A DNA stretch of 64,000 nt from contig OX597824.1 in assembly GCA_951406725.2 (NCBI GenBank), forward strand, positions 5,766,001 to 5,830,000, given 5' to 3'. Positions 39,769 to 53,049 of this stretch are shown one piece after another. The translations under genes and the position numbers were made by a program. Numbering within the stretch: position 1 is the stretch's first letter; the number at the start of each line of letters is the position of its first letter. The stretch comes from Octopus vulgaris. Its lineage: Eukaryota. A model generated the notes under the pieces. It searched no databases. It had not been told where the DNA came from and was given only the letters and a program-made list of their open reading frames with translations.

Positions 39769-40894
39769 ATTTAAAACGTTATGTCACATCATGGATATGC
39801 TAAGTTTAAGTAAAATGTGAGGAATTACGGCTGGAATATTTAAAATCGTGGGCTCTCCTTTCCCAGCTGGCCAAGTTCTAAACAAAATATAACACATCTT
39901 TTATGTCAAACGGATCATGCGTATATCATGTTCGTAACCATTTTATTACTACAGTAATTTCTGCTTTACATTGGTTGAAATTTCTCACGGTTTACAACAC
40001 TGTTTATTTGTTAGATAAAATGCTAGATTTATGGTGGAAAACTGGGCTGCCTACTACTTTCAGTGAGAAGTAAACCTTTCTGCAAATATATTTTAGTACT
40101 TTGTTTAACAGCACGCATAGAGCACCGTATAACAGAACATCGAAAATGAATGATTTGTGTGGTGGTCTCTCGTAATAAGACTGGCGATAACTGGCATCTA
40201 ATCCATGGAGAAATGACAGCTCTGTTCCGATGTTCCTTAGTTAATTTAATCTTTTATATCAAATAGATATTTGACCGAACTAACAACCAACTTTGACCAT
40301 CGAAAGTTTCGATCAGCAATGAATCATCTAATAAAAGCTATGAAGTTCAATAACACGATGCTTACCATTATAAGTTCACCAATAACAAAAGACTCCTTTG
40401 AATTCCCAGGGAGCTGGTTTTAGGTAATACTTAATTTTATTATTGCTGTTACAGTAAGACGAGTCGACGTTAAAATATCTGAGCTGTGAAATTATTTCCA
40501 AGTTCACGTGCTAGCACAATTTCTAGTTTATTTTATTATAGTTTCTGTCAAACCATTCACACGATGTGTATGATAGATCATTTCAATATAATTCAAATAA
40601 TTATTCAGATATCAACATTTTGATTTATGAATTCCAATATTATCTATCTTCAGTTATTACTCGTATTCGTTTTATCAATATGGCGAAAGATAAAAAAATA
40701 TAAATTAACTCAGACAAGAATGAAATTAATAAATAGTAATCACAATATGTATTCTCCAGTGAGAAATTGTATAATGGGAACGGAAAAAGAAAAAAAAAAC
40801 ATTTCATCGATGTAATCTGAATTACAACTGTAAGCGGAATGTCGATAAGGTTAAATCTACTATTCCAATTTTTTAATACTTTATATATTCTTTT

Positions 40895-41402
40895 CTGCTC
40901 TAGACACAATGCCCGAAACTTAAGGGGGTGGGGCAGTCGATTAGATCGACCCAATACGAAACTGGTACTTAATTTGTCGACCCCGAAAGGATTAAAAGGT
41001 AAAGTCGACCCCGACGAAATACTGCTAAACATTTCGCCCGGCGTTCTAACGTTTCTTATTTCTTTATTGCCCACAAGGAGCTAAACATAGAGGGGACAAA
41101 CAAGGACAAACAAATGGACTTAGTCGATTACATCGACCCCAGTGCATAACTGGTACTTAATCTATCGACGCCGAAAGGTAGAAAGGCAAAGTCGACCTCG
41201 ACGGAATTTAAACTCAGAAAGTAAAGACAGTTGAAAAACCGCTCAGCATTTTGCCCGGCGTGCTAACGCTTCTTCTTTATTTACTGCCCACTGGGCAGAA
41301 TTTGAACTCAGAACGTAACGGCAGACGACATACCTATTAATTAAACAAAGACAGACAAAAGGATTAAGTAGATTTTATCGACCACAGTGAATCACTGGTA
41401 CT
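40895..41402 (-). mobile_element. SINE A multimer
   Basis: Three or more partial units in tandem. Confidence 0.85.
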
Positions 41403-41404
41403 TA

Positions 41405-41775
41405 CCAGGGAATGTATGCAGTGATATAGGTGTGGAAGGTTCCTGCAGGTCGCTGGCATCAAACTTTGTAAATGTGAGTTATAACAGACCTCGAACTGGA
41501 CGTCACTGCATTGTTCAAAATATCTGAAATATCCCATGTAAGGTGCGGACCATGTAATGCTACAGCTTGGGATTCAAAGATCCATGGAACAACCTGACCA
41601 CTTGCTATCAATGATCTTGGATGAACCAATATATTGGCATCAAACTCAAATGGGCAATTAGAGAATCTATATGCCAATTAAAAACCAAATGGGTAATTAA
41701 AAGGTGATTGCACTGGCGGTGCCTCTGCATGGCCACAGCTTGAGGGCTGAAACGTCTAACAGAATACAAGAATAA

Positions 41776-41776
<1 letters not shown>
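41405..41776 (+). mobile_element. degenerate CR1/L2-group LINE 3' end
   Basis: GRHCIVQ..PCKVRTM*CYSLGFKDP-like C-terminus and tail GGCGGTGCCTCTGCATGGCCACAGC..GCTGAAAC. Confidence 0.5.
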
Positions 41777-41822
<46 letters not shown>

Positions 41823-41827
<5 letters not shown>

Positions 41828-42110
41828 CAATATTAAGGAATGGCCCTGATAGGCCATTCGACTCACTAGAAAGAGCAGATGATTAGAGTACATGTTTTTA
41901 ATTTTCCATTGATTTCTGAATTACTACTAATTAGCGGTTTGAGTTTGACTGCTCTTTCTAATGAGTCGAATGGCCTATCAGGGCCATTCCTTAATATTGT
42001 TGAAATTATATATATATATAGTCTGTGACTATTTTCTCTTTCTCACTGGACCGCTGGTGGCGAAAAAAATTTCTATTGAATTTTTTGCTACCCTTATATT
42101 GATAAGTATA
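41823..42110. mobile_element. (TA)n-flanked fold-back element
   Basis: 56-bp inverted arms at 41823-41878 and 41949-42004 with one mismatch. Confidence 0.6.
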
Positions 42111-42794
42111 TATATATATACATTTACTATGCGTTGTTTCTCGCAATGTACGTCCTCGAATTGCTGTAGTTCTCGACAGATGCCGCCCCGCTGGTTTTTT
42201 AACATTCCCCACCCCCTGACAGGATCCCTACTCTGTCGCAAGGTTTTCGTATGTAACTGATTGGAACTGGTTCAACGTGAAATGAAATGCTTTCCTCGGC
42301 AACAAAATGCAACGTCGGTTTGGGCATCGATACCACAGTCTTGTGATGGTCATTGCAATACCCCAACCACAACGATAGAGGCCCTCAAATCATACACACA
42401 CACACATACATACATACATACATACATACATACATACATACATACATACACAGAAATGCACAGGCACGCATACTCGCACACAAAGATATGTTGACAACCG
42501 ATGTTGTCGTGTTTACGTCCACGCAACGTGGCGGTTCGGCAAAATAAACTGATGGAATAAGTACTAGGCTTACAAAGAATGAGTCCTGGAGTCGATTTGC
42601 TCGCTTAAAGGCTGTACTCTAGCCTGGCCGCAGTCAAATGACTGAGATAGGTAAAAGAATAAAAGAACATATATGTGTGTGTGTGTGTGTTTGTTTGTGT
42701 GTGTGTGTGCGTTTGCTTGTGTGTGTACAGACACACAGAGACAGTGACCTTAGGCTTGCTCACAGTCTCTCTTCACCATATTCTATTCACAAAA

Positions 42795-43025
42795 GGCGGC
42801 GAGCTGGCAGAAACGTTAGCACGCCGGGCGAAATGCGTAGCTGTATTTCGTTTGCCGCTACGTTGTGAGTTCAAATTCCGCCGAGATCGACTTTGCCTTT
42901 CATCCTTTCGGGGTCGATAAATTAAGTACCAGTTATGCACTGAGGTCGATATAATCGACTTAATCCCTTTGTCTGTCCTTGTTTGTCCTCTCTGTGTTTA
43001 GCGCCTTATGGGTAGTAAAGAAATA
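42795..43025 (+). mobile_element. SINE A full length, 17-bp TSD
   Basis: TSD CATATTCTATTCACAAA at 42777-42793 and 43026-43042. Confidence 0.93.
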
Positions 43026-43383
43026 CATATTCTATTCACAAAGCAATACATACAATTTTACAATTATCTTTCGCTATTAATTATTTACAAACAATGAGGC
43101 TGTGTGGCCATTTAAGTGAGCAAATAGGCAAAATAACGAGCATTCTTAACAATGAAGTACACGGAACCTAGATTTTTGAATTAAAAAGTATATTTTTATC
43201 ATATGACATTAAAGAATTCATGATGTACAGATTGTTTCTTAAATCCTTGACTAAACTGCTGAGATTGATACAGATAGCGGTATTGATTATGTGAGGTGAC
43301 TAAGAAAAGCAAAACAAGTGAAAATTTAACAATGCACGATGAGCATAATGCATAGAAAGGGTTATTGTGAAAAGACAACTTAC

Positions 43384-43421
43384 CATCAGGCGTACACAAG
43401 CAAACCCGCACAGATACAACA
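43384..43421 (-). other. candidate 38-bp exon
   Basis: Minus strand reads tctctctacttacacAG|..CCTGATG|GTAAGT. No homology support. Confidence 0.25.
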
Positions 43422-43449
43422 CTGTGTAAGTAGAGAGACATGCAAAAAT

Positions 43450-43492
43450 AGACATATACACAAATATATGTGTAGTTATGTTTATATTTGTG

Positions 43493-43523
<31 letters not shown>

Positions 43524-43597
43524 GTATGTATGCATGTATGCATGTGTTTGTATAATGATATGTATATGCATATGTGTAAATATATGTATATATATAT

Positions 43598-43628
<31 letters not shown>

Positions 43629-43651
43629 TACATAAAAATACATATATATTG

Positions 43652-43696
<45 letters not shown>

Positions 43697-43737
43697 CATA
43701 TATATATATACATATATATATATACATATATATATAC

Positions 43738-43808
<71 letters not shown>

Positions 43809-43894
43809 TACACATACACAGACAAACACATACTCAAACATGCATACATGAATACATAATACGTATATATATATATATATGCATCTTCACTGCA

Positions 43895-43926
<32 letters not shown>

Positions 43927-43966
43927 CACATAGACATACATATATGTGTATATATATATATATATG

Positions 43967-44011
<45 letters not shown>

Positions 44012-44080
44012 ATATATATGTTTATATATATATATATGCATATATATGTATGTTTGTTATATATGTATTTTATGCATATA
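43450..44080. repeat. compound (TATG)/(TA)/(TG)/(CT) microsatellite
   Basis: Direct reading. Confidence 0.95.
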
Positions 44081-46904
44081 TCTTTCAGTGTGTTCTGTTT
44101 GTATATTTACCTCAAGTGAATACAGGCTTCTGTTTCGGTGTGTATGTTATATATACTTCACCCAATGATGGTCGTGTGTTAATGCTAAGGAGTTTTGCAC
44201 ATATTTTAGCAAAATAAATATCTAGCTCATTATATCTAATTAGGTCGCTGGCATGAAAATTACATGTTATCAAATCACAACCTAATTATATTAAAATAAT
44301 AAAAAAATGTAACAAAATAACAATAGATGCTCTACTTCTAACCAGAATATTTAAGTAGCCATTAATTCCCAGCACTGAAATAAAAATTACTACGAAATAA
44401 CGATGGTAGAGATCGATAATATAAATTAAAAAATGATAACCCTCTCAGTTATATGCATGGACTAGAAATGTTTGTGTGGTTTCTTTACTCGACAACGGCA
44501 CCCCAGGGTTCATCTGATGACCCCGAAAGGATGAAAGCAAAGTGAACCTCGGAATGTATATATGGCCGAAATACATTTCGCCCGCGATATGTTAACGATT
44601 CTGGGTGCTTCTTGCCCCTTTCTTTTATAATAACAATACAAGTTTCATAGTCGTATTCTGTTGTCAAGGAAGCTTGTAAATTCGAAAAAGAACTGGGCGT
44701 TGATCCTGAATTAGACGAACAATCTCAAACCACTGCTACCAAACAAACAACACGAATTGAGCAGACTGCTAAAAAGAAGGGGCAGAAAGAAACTGAGGAG
44801 CGGTGGAGCCTGAGCTCCCCCTCCTCTCAAAATTACCGGCTTTATAATTAACTATTTCAACTTCATTATTAACTTCTCTTAATTAACCAAAAACAATATC
44901 TAATTAAATTTAAAATAAATTTGAAAAATTTATCTTCTCAACGTAAGTGAGACACATTACAATTATGTTAATTTTTGCATGACATGTACTTTATGCGAGT
45001 TGGCAGATTTGTTTGTACACCGGACAAAATACTTTGCGACATTTTGTCCGTCTTTACGTTCTGAATTCAAATTCCATCGAAGTCGTCTATGCTTTCATCC
45101 TTTCGTGGTTGATAAAAGAAGTGTCAGATAAGCACTTGGGTCGACGTAATAGACCTAACCCATCGAAAGTGCTGACCTTGTGTGAGATTTTGAAACCATT
45201 ATTATTTGCTGAAAAACTACACTGTGGGCGAACAATTGCTGGTTGCCAATGGATGTAGCAACTTGTAGTTTGTACAATTTTTCTGATATGTTTCGTCTAA
45301 TTGTGTTTCGTACTCTTTCTTTATTCGTTTAATTGATCTCACTGGCTCAGTAAATAAATTTAAGGCATTACTACAGAGACGTGTGTCACCCTTTCCCAAG
45401 ATTTTGTTTCGACACAACTTTGAAAGAAATGGATATTTTTAATGCCTCTCAGATGGTCTACATTACAATTATACCGGAAGCCAATGCGAAAAAATGGTGG
45501 GGAGCGCCTTCATGTTGTCCCTTCATAAATTTTGGTGATTTAATTACAAGTATGTCGAAACTAAAATTACATTCAAGGCCCGCTCCAATGTCTAGCAAAC
45601 GAATTGACCATGTAGAGTATGGGGCTCTATCTTTGAGATTGTTTAAAAGTGACAGATTAAGACTGCTATAAGATAATCCTTTTTTCCATAGACCTAATCG
45701 ATTACCGCGACTGTTCAAAGGACATTTATTATATCCACCCGGAAAGGGAGAAAGCTGAAGTCATCCTCGACGGATGACTTTAGAACTCGGAATGTCAGCC
45801 GAACAAAATGCCTAGCATGAAAATAATGGTTTCAAAGTTTGACACAACGCCAGCAATTTTGTGGACAGTGGGTAAGTTGATTACATCGATCCCAGTGCTT
45901 CATCGACCCTGAAAGGATGAAAAGCAAAGTTGATCTCGGTATAAGAACGTAGTGGCAGACAGAATACCGCGAAGTATTTTGCCCCGCGTGGTTACGATTC
46001 CACAAGCTCGCCGCCTTATTTGTTACCAATATTAGCATTTTGTCCGGCGTGCTAAAGATTCTGCCAGTTCATTGTCTTAGACTGCCATAAAATAAAGAAA
46101 AAGCAATATGTGTTTAGGTATTGCCCACACCTTTCTACAATTATTTCGTTTACAGTATGTGCAGTTAAAGATGGCCTCGCCCTCAAACGAAACATTTTTC
46201 ATCAACATACTTCTTATCTCCAATATCAATACGTTTAAGGACATAAAATGGAGATGGGTGGAAGTTGCTGCCCACCCTAAACTTTTCACGTTAAATTCCG
46301 ACATAATCTTAATCAACGGAGTGTAAACATTATGGTAACAGATACGTAATGTTTATGTAAATAGGAAATACAGTTGCTTTTTCTCTAAGTAGTATGCTGA
46401 CTTCCAAGTTTTCAGCTTCTTGTATTTCCCTGAAAAAATAAAACGAAAAATAAGCCTAAAAGAAAAAAAATGTTCCATCAGCCCTGCTTCATCTAGTATT
46501 GAGCTAAAAAAGATCTTGCAAAAATATCTGTAAAAACTCCTTTAAAAGTACACGCTAAAGATGGAAAAAGATGTCAGAAGGAAAACTTGGCATAATGCAG
46601 TTTGCTGTTGGGAAAAAAAAAATTAAGAAGCCAAGACAAGATGACGAATGAGAAGAATGCAGTTTATCACAGAGGTAGCTAAAACGGGGTTGAACAACAT
46701 AAAAAAATCTCAACAAAAAGAACAACAAAGATGAGCCTAAGTTCTATGCGAAACTGAAATATGGTACATCCTTTAGTTCAAATATATGTTCCGTTGCCAA
46801 AATTAGTCAAGCTATTTACCTCCTTTGGAAAATTTCCATAGATTATTCAGCTCTGTAAAAATCAAACGAAGAAAGACTAATTTCAAACATACGTAGTGTG
46901 TAAA

Positions 46905-47142
46905 ACACACACACACACACGCACACACCTACATACATACATACATACATACATATGTTTATATATATATATATGTATATATATATGTATGTATATATAT
47001 GTATATATATATATGTATATATATATATGTGTATATATACATATGTATAAATATGTATATATGTATATATATGTATATATGTATATATATGTATATATAT
47101 GTATATATGTATAAATGTATATATATGTATATATATATATAT

Positions 47143-47182
<40 letters not shown>

Positions 47183-47300
47183 GTATTTATGTGTGGATGT
47201 ATATACATGTATATATATATATATATTTATGTGTGGATGTATATGCAAGTATATATATCTATGTATTTGCATGCATGTATGTATATATATATATATATAT
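46905..47300. repeat. compound (CA)/(TA)/(TATATG) microsatellite
   Basis: Direct reading. Confidence 0.95.
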
Positions 47301-47796
47301 AAGAGCTTATGTGTGTATGTGTTGAGATAAATAAATATCTGTGTATCTGCTTATTTGTGCGTATATGAGTATTTGTTTATGCTATTTTTTTCTCTGCGAA
47401 TCGCATACTTCAAATAAACATACGTGATAATAAAATAGTTCCCTAAATCAGAAAGTGGCGAAAAATAAATTAGTCTCGTGAGTCACCATATTTATTCAGA
47501 AAATTCATTTATTTAGAAATATAGAAATCTACGCCTCTGATATCTTATTTACACAGACATAACATATCTTTTGGTATTATAGATAGTGAAGAGAATTAAG
47601 ACAATTATTTTATGTGAAAAATATTTCAAAATTATTAAAGACGTTCTTAATTAAACCAGAGAGAGTATATCTTGAACTTTTGGAAATGTTTGATGTGAGT
47701 CATGTTTGTGTTTACATGTATACCGTTACACTTTGAGTTCAAATGATACTGCTCTCAGAGTGAATTTGTCTGCTTGTGTTGAATATTATTTTCTAA

Positions 47797-48195
47797 TCTA
47801 GGCACAAGGCCCCAGATTTTTGGGGAGGGGCCAGTCTATTAGATCGACCACAGTATGCAACTGGTACTTAATTTATCACCCCTCCCTCCGAAATGATGAA
47901 AGGCAAAGTCAACCTCGGCAGAATTTGAGCTCAGAATGTAAAGACAGACGAAATACCTATTTCTATTTCTTTACTACCCACAAGGGCTTAAACACAGAGA
48001 AGGACAAACAAGGACAGACAAACGGATTAAGTCGATTACATCGACCCCAGTGCGTAACTGGTGCTTACTTAATCGACCCCGAAAGGATAAAAGGCAAAGT
48101 CGTCCTCGGCGGAATTTGAACTCAGAACGTAGCGGCAAACGAAATACCGCTAAGCATCTCGCCCGGTGTGCTAACGTTTCTGCCAGCTCGCCGCT
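47797..48195 (-). mobile_element. SINE A dimer
   Basis: Junction CGAAATACC|TATTTC. The second unit has the alternative tail. Confidence 0.88.
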
Positions 48196-48561
48196 TTCTT
48201 GTGTTGAATATTACATTATAAATGCATTTATTAAAAATACTAACAGAAATCCTAATAAATGAGTCTCGTTAAGCTTTATTACAAGGTAACATGAATAACA
48301 ATCGTTAATCTTTTATTTATTTCGCTCATTAGAGTGCGGCCATGCAATGGAATCGTCTTGAGTTTTGTCTTTTGTCGTACGCATCGAACCCCGACCTTTT
48401 TTTTATGCAAGCCTGGTGCTTATACTATCGGGCTGTTAGTCCGAACTGCTAAGCACCCGAAACGTATTCGAACCAACACCAGTTGTCAAGTGGTGGTGTA
48501 AGACTATCATGCAACATACAGGTATGCTTAATACATATGTATTATATATTTTGTTTCAGTA

Positions 48562-48976
48562 AGGCTGCGAGATAGCAGAAACGTTAGCACGCCAGGCGAC
48601 ATGCTTAGCGGTATTTGGTCTGCCGTTACGTTCTGAGTTCAAATTCCGCCGAGGTCGACTTTGCCTTTCATCCTTTCGGTGTCGATTAAATAAGTACCAG
48701 TTACGCACAGGGGTCGATGTAATCGACTTAATCCGTCTGTCTGTCCTTGTTTGGTATCTCTGTGTTTAGCTCCTTGTGGGTAGTAAAGAAATAGGTATTT
48801 CGTTTGTCGTTACGTTCTGAGTTCAAATTCCGCCGATGTCGACTTTGCTTTCATTCTTTCGGGGTCAATAAATAAAGTACCAGTTTCACACTGGGGTCGG
48901 TGTAATCGACTTAATCCCTTTGTCTGTCCTTGTTTGTCCCCTCTATATTTAGCCCCTTGTGGGCAGTAAAGAAATA
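48562..48976 (+). mobile_element. SINE A dimer
   Basis: Same junction as 39354-39768. Confidence 0.9.
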
Positions 48977-49583
48977 TATATATTTTGTTTCAATTCACTT
49001 AAAAACCACAAACGTGTCTCAAAGTAGCAGGAGTTTTCAAAAGGTTTAAAGCGAGACCTGAATAACTAAAACACTATTTTGTCTGAAATCACGCCTAACA
49101 ATTGAATTTCTCCATCACAACCCTAACGCCATGTTCACATTTTCAAATGGCATCGTTCTTTTCCATTCACAAGTTAGAAGGATATGAAGGAATGCAACAA
49201 ATATATATTGTGTTTAACGTTGGGAGCCATATATTGTCGTATGTAGTTCTTTATAACTCCCTGAAGATGTCTTAGCAAACGTTCTACCTTCGCTTCCTGT
49301 TATCTATCTGCACATCTAAAACACGCAGTAACAAACACTTGTGTGAATATTAACATATAGAGACAACCATTCAGGGAAAATATAATTCTATATTTCTATG
49401 AGGAGATATAAAATGTGGAATACAGTTTCGACGCGAGATACTAAAAATGTTTCAGGTGTGTGAAACTGACGTAGAGAATAACGGTAAACGCCTAAGCTGC
49501 TTCCTATATCGTTTCTTGGAAACATTAGGAAGTGTTGTATTGATTTATACAAACATACATACCAACAGAAAAGATAGAATAGG

Positions 49584-49635
<52 letters not shown>

Positions 49636-49714
49636 GACAGATAGATAGATAGATAGACACATTAACATAAACATAAATATATACATTATATATGTATACG
49701 TTAACGTATGTATA

Positions 49715-49752
<38 letters not shown>

Positions 49753-50850
49753 TATACATATTTACATGTGTATTCATATCTACATATATATACTAATATC
49801 TACAATTATATATATATATATATATACTTGTTCAAAATACATTCTGTTGAATAGAATCCTAATGGGTATATATTGTTTCAGTGTTATGTTGTCGCGTATT
49901 AGTTTTAAGAAGTTGAAATCTACAATAATTATCTTACCGAATGTACAACATAAGAAATATTCCGAAAATAAAAGAATCCAATTTCACATCAGTATATTCC
50001 ATTATATTCCATATAGACTAAGTTTTATGTATCACTTTCTTTATGTAACCGAGGCGTCTTATTTGGACCGCTGTGGTTCCACTGAAACAAGAACGTAATG
50101 ACCATATCGAAGTGTCAACTTTCTCTTAGCAGCGAAGAATCTTTTATAACCCCTGATTTTAGTTGCTTTGAATTTATGGCAGCTTCACCGAAGAAAATGT
50201 CTGACTCAGGTAACAGGACTCAAAGTGAGGACTTAAGGTTATGATATACTGAATTAGTGGCAATAAAACTTCTAAACTCATCTTTTTGACTTTTAGGTTG
50301 AGGCTCAACTTATTCAACTTGCAGCAATACTGGAAGCTATTTCTTACATAACTTCCTTTATAATTCTTTCTGTTATAGTCAGTAAGTCTGAGATTTTGTG
50401 GGAGGGACTTAGTCGATTCCATCGGCCCCAGTGCTCAACTGCTATTTATTTTTTCGATATCGAATTGACGAAAGGCACAGTCGACTTCGTCGAAAATTTG
50501 AACCCAGAGTATAAATACGGGCCAAATGTCGCTATGCATTTTGTACGGCACAGTTATGCTAGTTCGCTGCTTCTACTTTCTTAATACTATAAATATGAAT
50601 AATGTCTAATATACGTAGAGTTATGAAACACGTGTATGGGGTTTTCCTAAAAATTGCTACTACGGCAACAACATATAGTTGCGAACCCTTTATAATGTTG
50701 CCTACTTGTCCTTCAAACTCTCCCATCTCCCGTTAACATTCTAAAATGTTAAGAAACCCTGTCGTAAAGTGTAAGCTATACATTTTGTCCCCTCGCTTCC
50801 TCAGTCATGTTTGCGTCACACGTGGAGAAAGCGTAAATTTCTGGTACCTG

Positions 50851-50882
<32 letters not shown>

Positions 50883-50883
<1 letters not shown>

Positions 50884-51085
50884 ACCTCGTGTGTACCGTT
50901 GGCGATATTTTTTCCTCTGTCTTCCCTTCTCTGGATCTTTCCTTCTCCTATGTTTTCGACGAAGAGCTCCGCTCGAAACGTTAAACCCTCCTTCTTTCCT
51001 TCTTTCCTGAGCGTCCAATAATACTATATTTGTTCCACGTCCTCGCGTTGTTGTGTTTTTTTGTGCTTTCTTGTTTGGATTAACT
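50883..51085 (+). mobile_element. Penelope-pLTR-like element with a degenerate minimal hammerhead motif
   Basis: TTTCGACGA-AGAGC-TCC-GCTC-GAAA-CGTTA at 50951-50986. A related partial minus copy lies at about 20475-20585, and both abut TA arrays. Confidence 0.55.
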
Positions 51086-51171
51086 ACATATACGTATGTA
51101 TATATGCACATATATACATATATCTATTAAATATATTATATAAAAAATATATATACATATATATGTATGTG

Positions 51172-52230
51172 TGTACAAAGATGAAGATGTACAATACATG
51201 TACCGTAACCTACCTCTTTGTTTTATGCTTGCGAAACCTGGAGTGTGTATCGTAAACACTTAAAACTTATGGAAAGTTTTCATCAAGAATACCTCAGAAG
51301 GATTTTAAGGATCAGCTGGAAAATGCTTGTGGGTGACAATAAGGTACTTGAAAGAGGGAAATGCTGCAGTATTGAAGCTTTGCTATTGCAGTACAGACTG
51401 AGATGGAGTGGACACTTAGTCAGAATGCCAGACTACAGAATCCCTAAACAAAAATTTTGAAGAAAATTGGTGAAAAGTAAGCGTCCAAAGATTAGGTACA
51501 AAGACTGTCTGAAGTCGGGATTGAATAAGATAAATGTTCCAATTGACAACTGGGAAGGATGAGCGCATTGCCGAGAAAAATGGCAAAATTTGTGTATGAA
51601 GGCGAAAATGCATTTGAAAGGCAGATAATGAAGCATGCAAAGATGGAAAGAAAGAAAAATGTGACAGGAATGATGTTCTGACAAGCATTAAAGAACGTGA
51701 TGCTCTTACGTGTGATGAATGTGGAAAGATTTGTTATAGTAGTCGAACCAATTCTACTATATATGCTCAGAAACCTGGACGTTATCAAAGAAGCTTGAGA
51801 GGCGGTTGGATGGAACCTACACTCGCCTCCTTATGAGAGCTCAAAATCTCTCGTGGAAGTATCATCCAACCAAAATGCAAATATATGGGAAATTACCACC
51901 TGTGTCATCTCTTGTGAAAGGTAGGAGAGTCCAGTTTGCTGAACATTGTTGTATAGCTAAAAAAGAGGTGATTTCTACTCTTCTCTTCTGGGAGCCATCT
52001 GCTCGCGATACCAGAGGGCGCACACTCTCCTACCCTGATGTAATCTCCAGGGATACAGGCACCCAGCGACAGGACCTACGTAATGCCATGATGGACCGTG
52101 AAGTCTGGCGTAGCATGGTAAATTCCATTGTCTCGACCACGGTCGAACGATGATGATTATGAAGGCTGGGCTAAAGAGGCATATCAAATCATACGTTGCA
52201 CAACCGGTCATCGATTATCGATGGACAAAT
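51172..52230 (+). mobile_element. old RTE (BovB-like) LINE 3' fragment with C-terminal C2H2 finger, interrupted
   Basis: YACETWSVYRKHLKLMESFHQEYLRRILRISW..RLRWSGHLVRMPDYRIPKQ. LTCDECGKIC resumes as KAGLKRHIKS after 52160. Confidence 0.85.
51741..52160 (+). mobile_element. younger RTE-type LINE 3' end with (TGA)n tail, nested
   Basis: SETWTLSKKLERRLDGTYTRLLMRAQNLSWKYHPT..RRVQFAEHC..AMMDREVWRSMV. Confidence 0.88.
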
Positions 52231-52475
52231 GATTTCGAATGCATAATCTGTCATAAAGTATGTCAAAAAGTGGCCTGAAAATCATAGTAAAGTTCATAGA
52301 GCTGTAAACTATACAATCACCAAGTTTTCTTGCACTAATTGCCGAAAAGCTGGCAAGAATTTGGCAGGCCTCAAAAGCTGTATTTGTGCAGCTCATCGAT
52401 GATATTCTAGGCCATAAAGAAATCAGACAATGGCTCTACTCGAAATCGACTTGGCGACAATCATGAATATATATA

Positions 52476-52879
52476 TTACTCTTTTACTCTTTTACTTGTT
52501 TCAGTCATTTGACTGCGGCCATGCTGGAGCACCGCCTTTAATCGAGCAACTCGACCCCGGGACTTATTCTTTTGTAAGCCCAGTACTTATTCTATCGGTC
52601 TCTTTTGCCGAACCGCTAAGTAACGGGGACATAAACACACCAGCATTGGTTGTCAAGCAATGCTAGGGGAACAAACACAGATACACAAACACACACACGC
52701 ATATATATACATATATACGACGGTCTTCTTTCGGTTTCCGTCTACCAAATACACTCACAAGGCTTTGGTCGGCCTGAGGCTTAGTAGAAGACAGTTCCCC
52801 AAGTTGCCACGCAGTGGGACTGAACCCGGAACCATGTGGTTGTTAAACAAGCTACTTACCACACAGCCACTCCTGCGCC
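52476..52879 (-). mobile_element. SINE B full length
   Basis: Family B sequence. Confidence 0.9.
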
Positions 52880-52885
52880 TACAAG

Positions 52886-52939
<54 letters not shown>

Positions 52940-53049
52940 GGAATAAACTATTTTGGCGAACGACTTGCTTGAAGAAGGACAAAGTCTTCTAATTCTGTTT
53001 GAGTGTTGGAATGTTACTTGGTCAGTTCTCATAGAAGACAAACATTATC

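Noticed and set aside
45230-46330. Possible ancient Dong/R4 fragments on the minus strand (LHGQF, WAIP, KKEY)
   Set aside because: The motifs are too short and scattered to call without a profile search.
50040-50390. Apparent plus-strand GT-AG intron, or a minus-strand mariner remnant
   Set aside because: The spliced product is unrecognisable and the mariner similarity is too weak.
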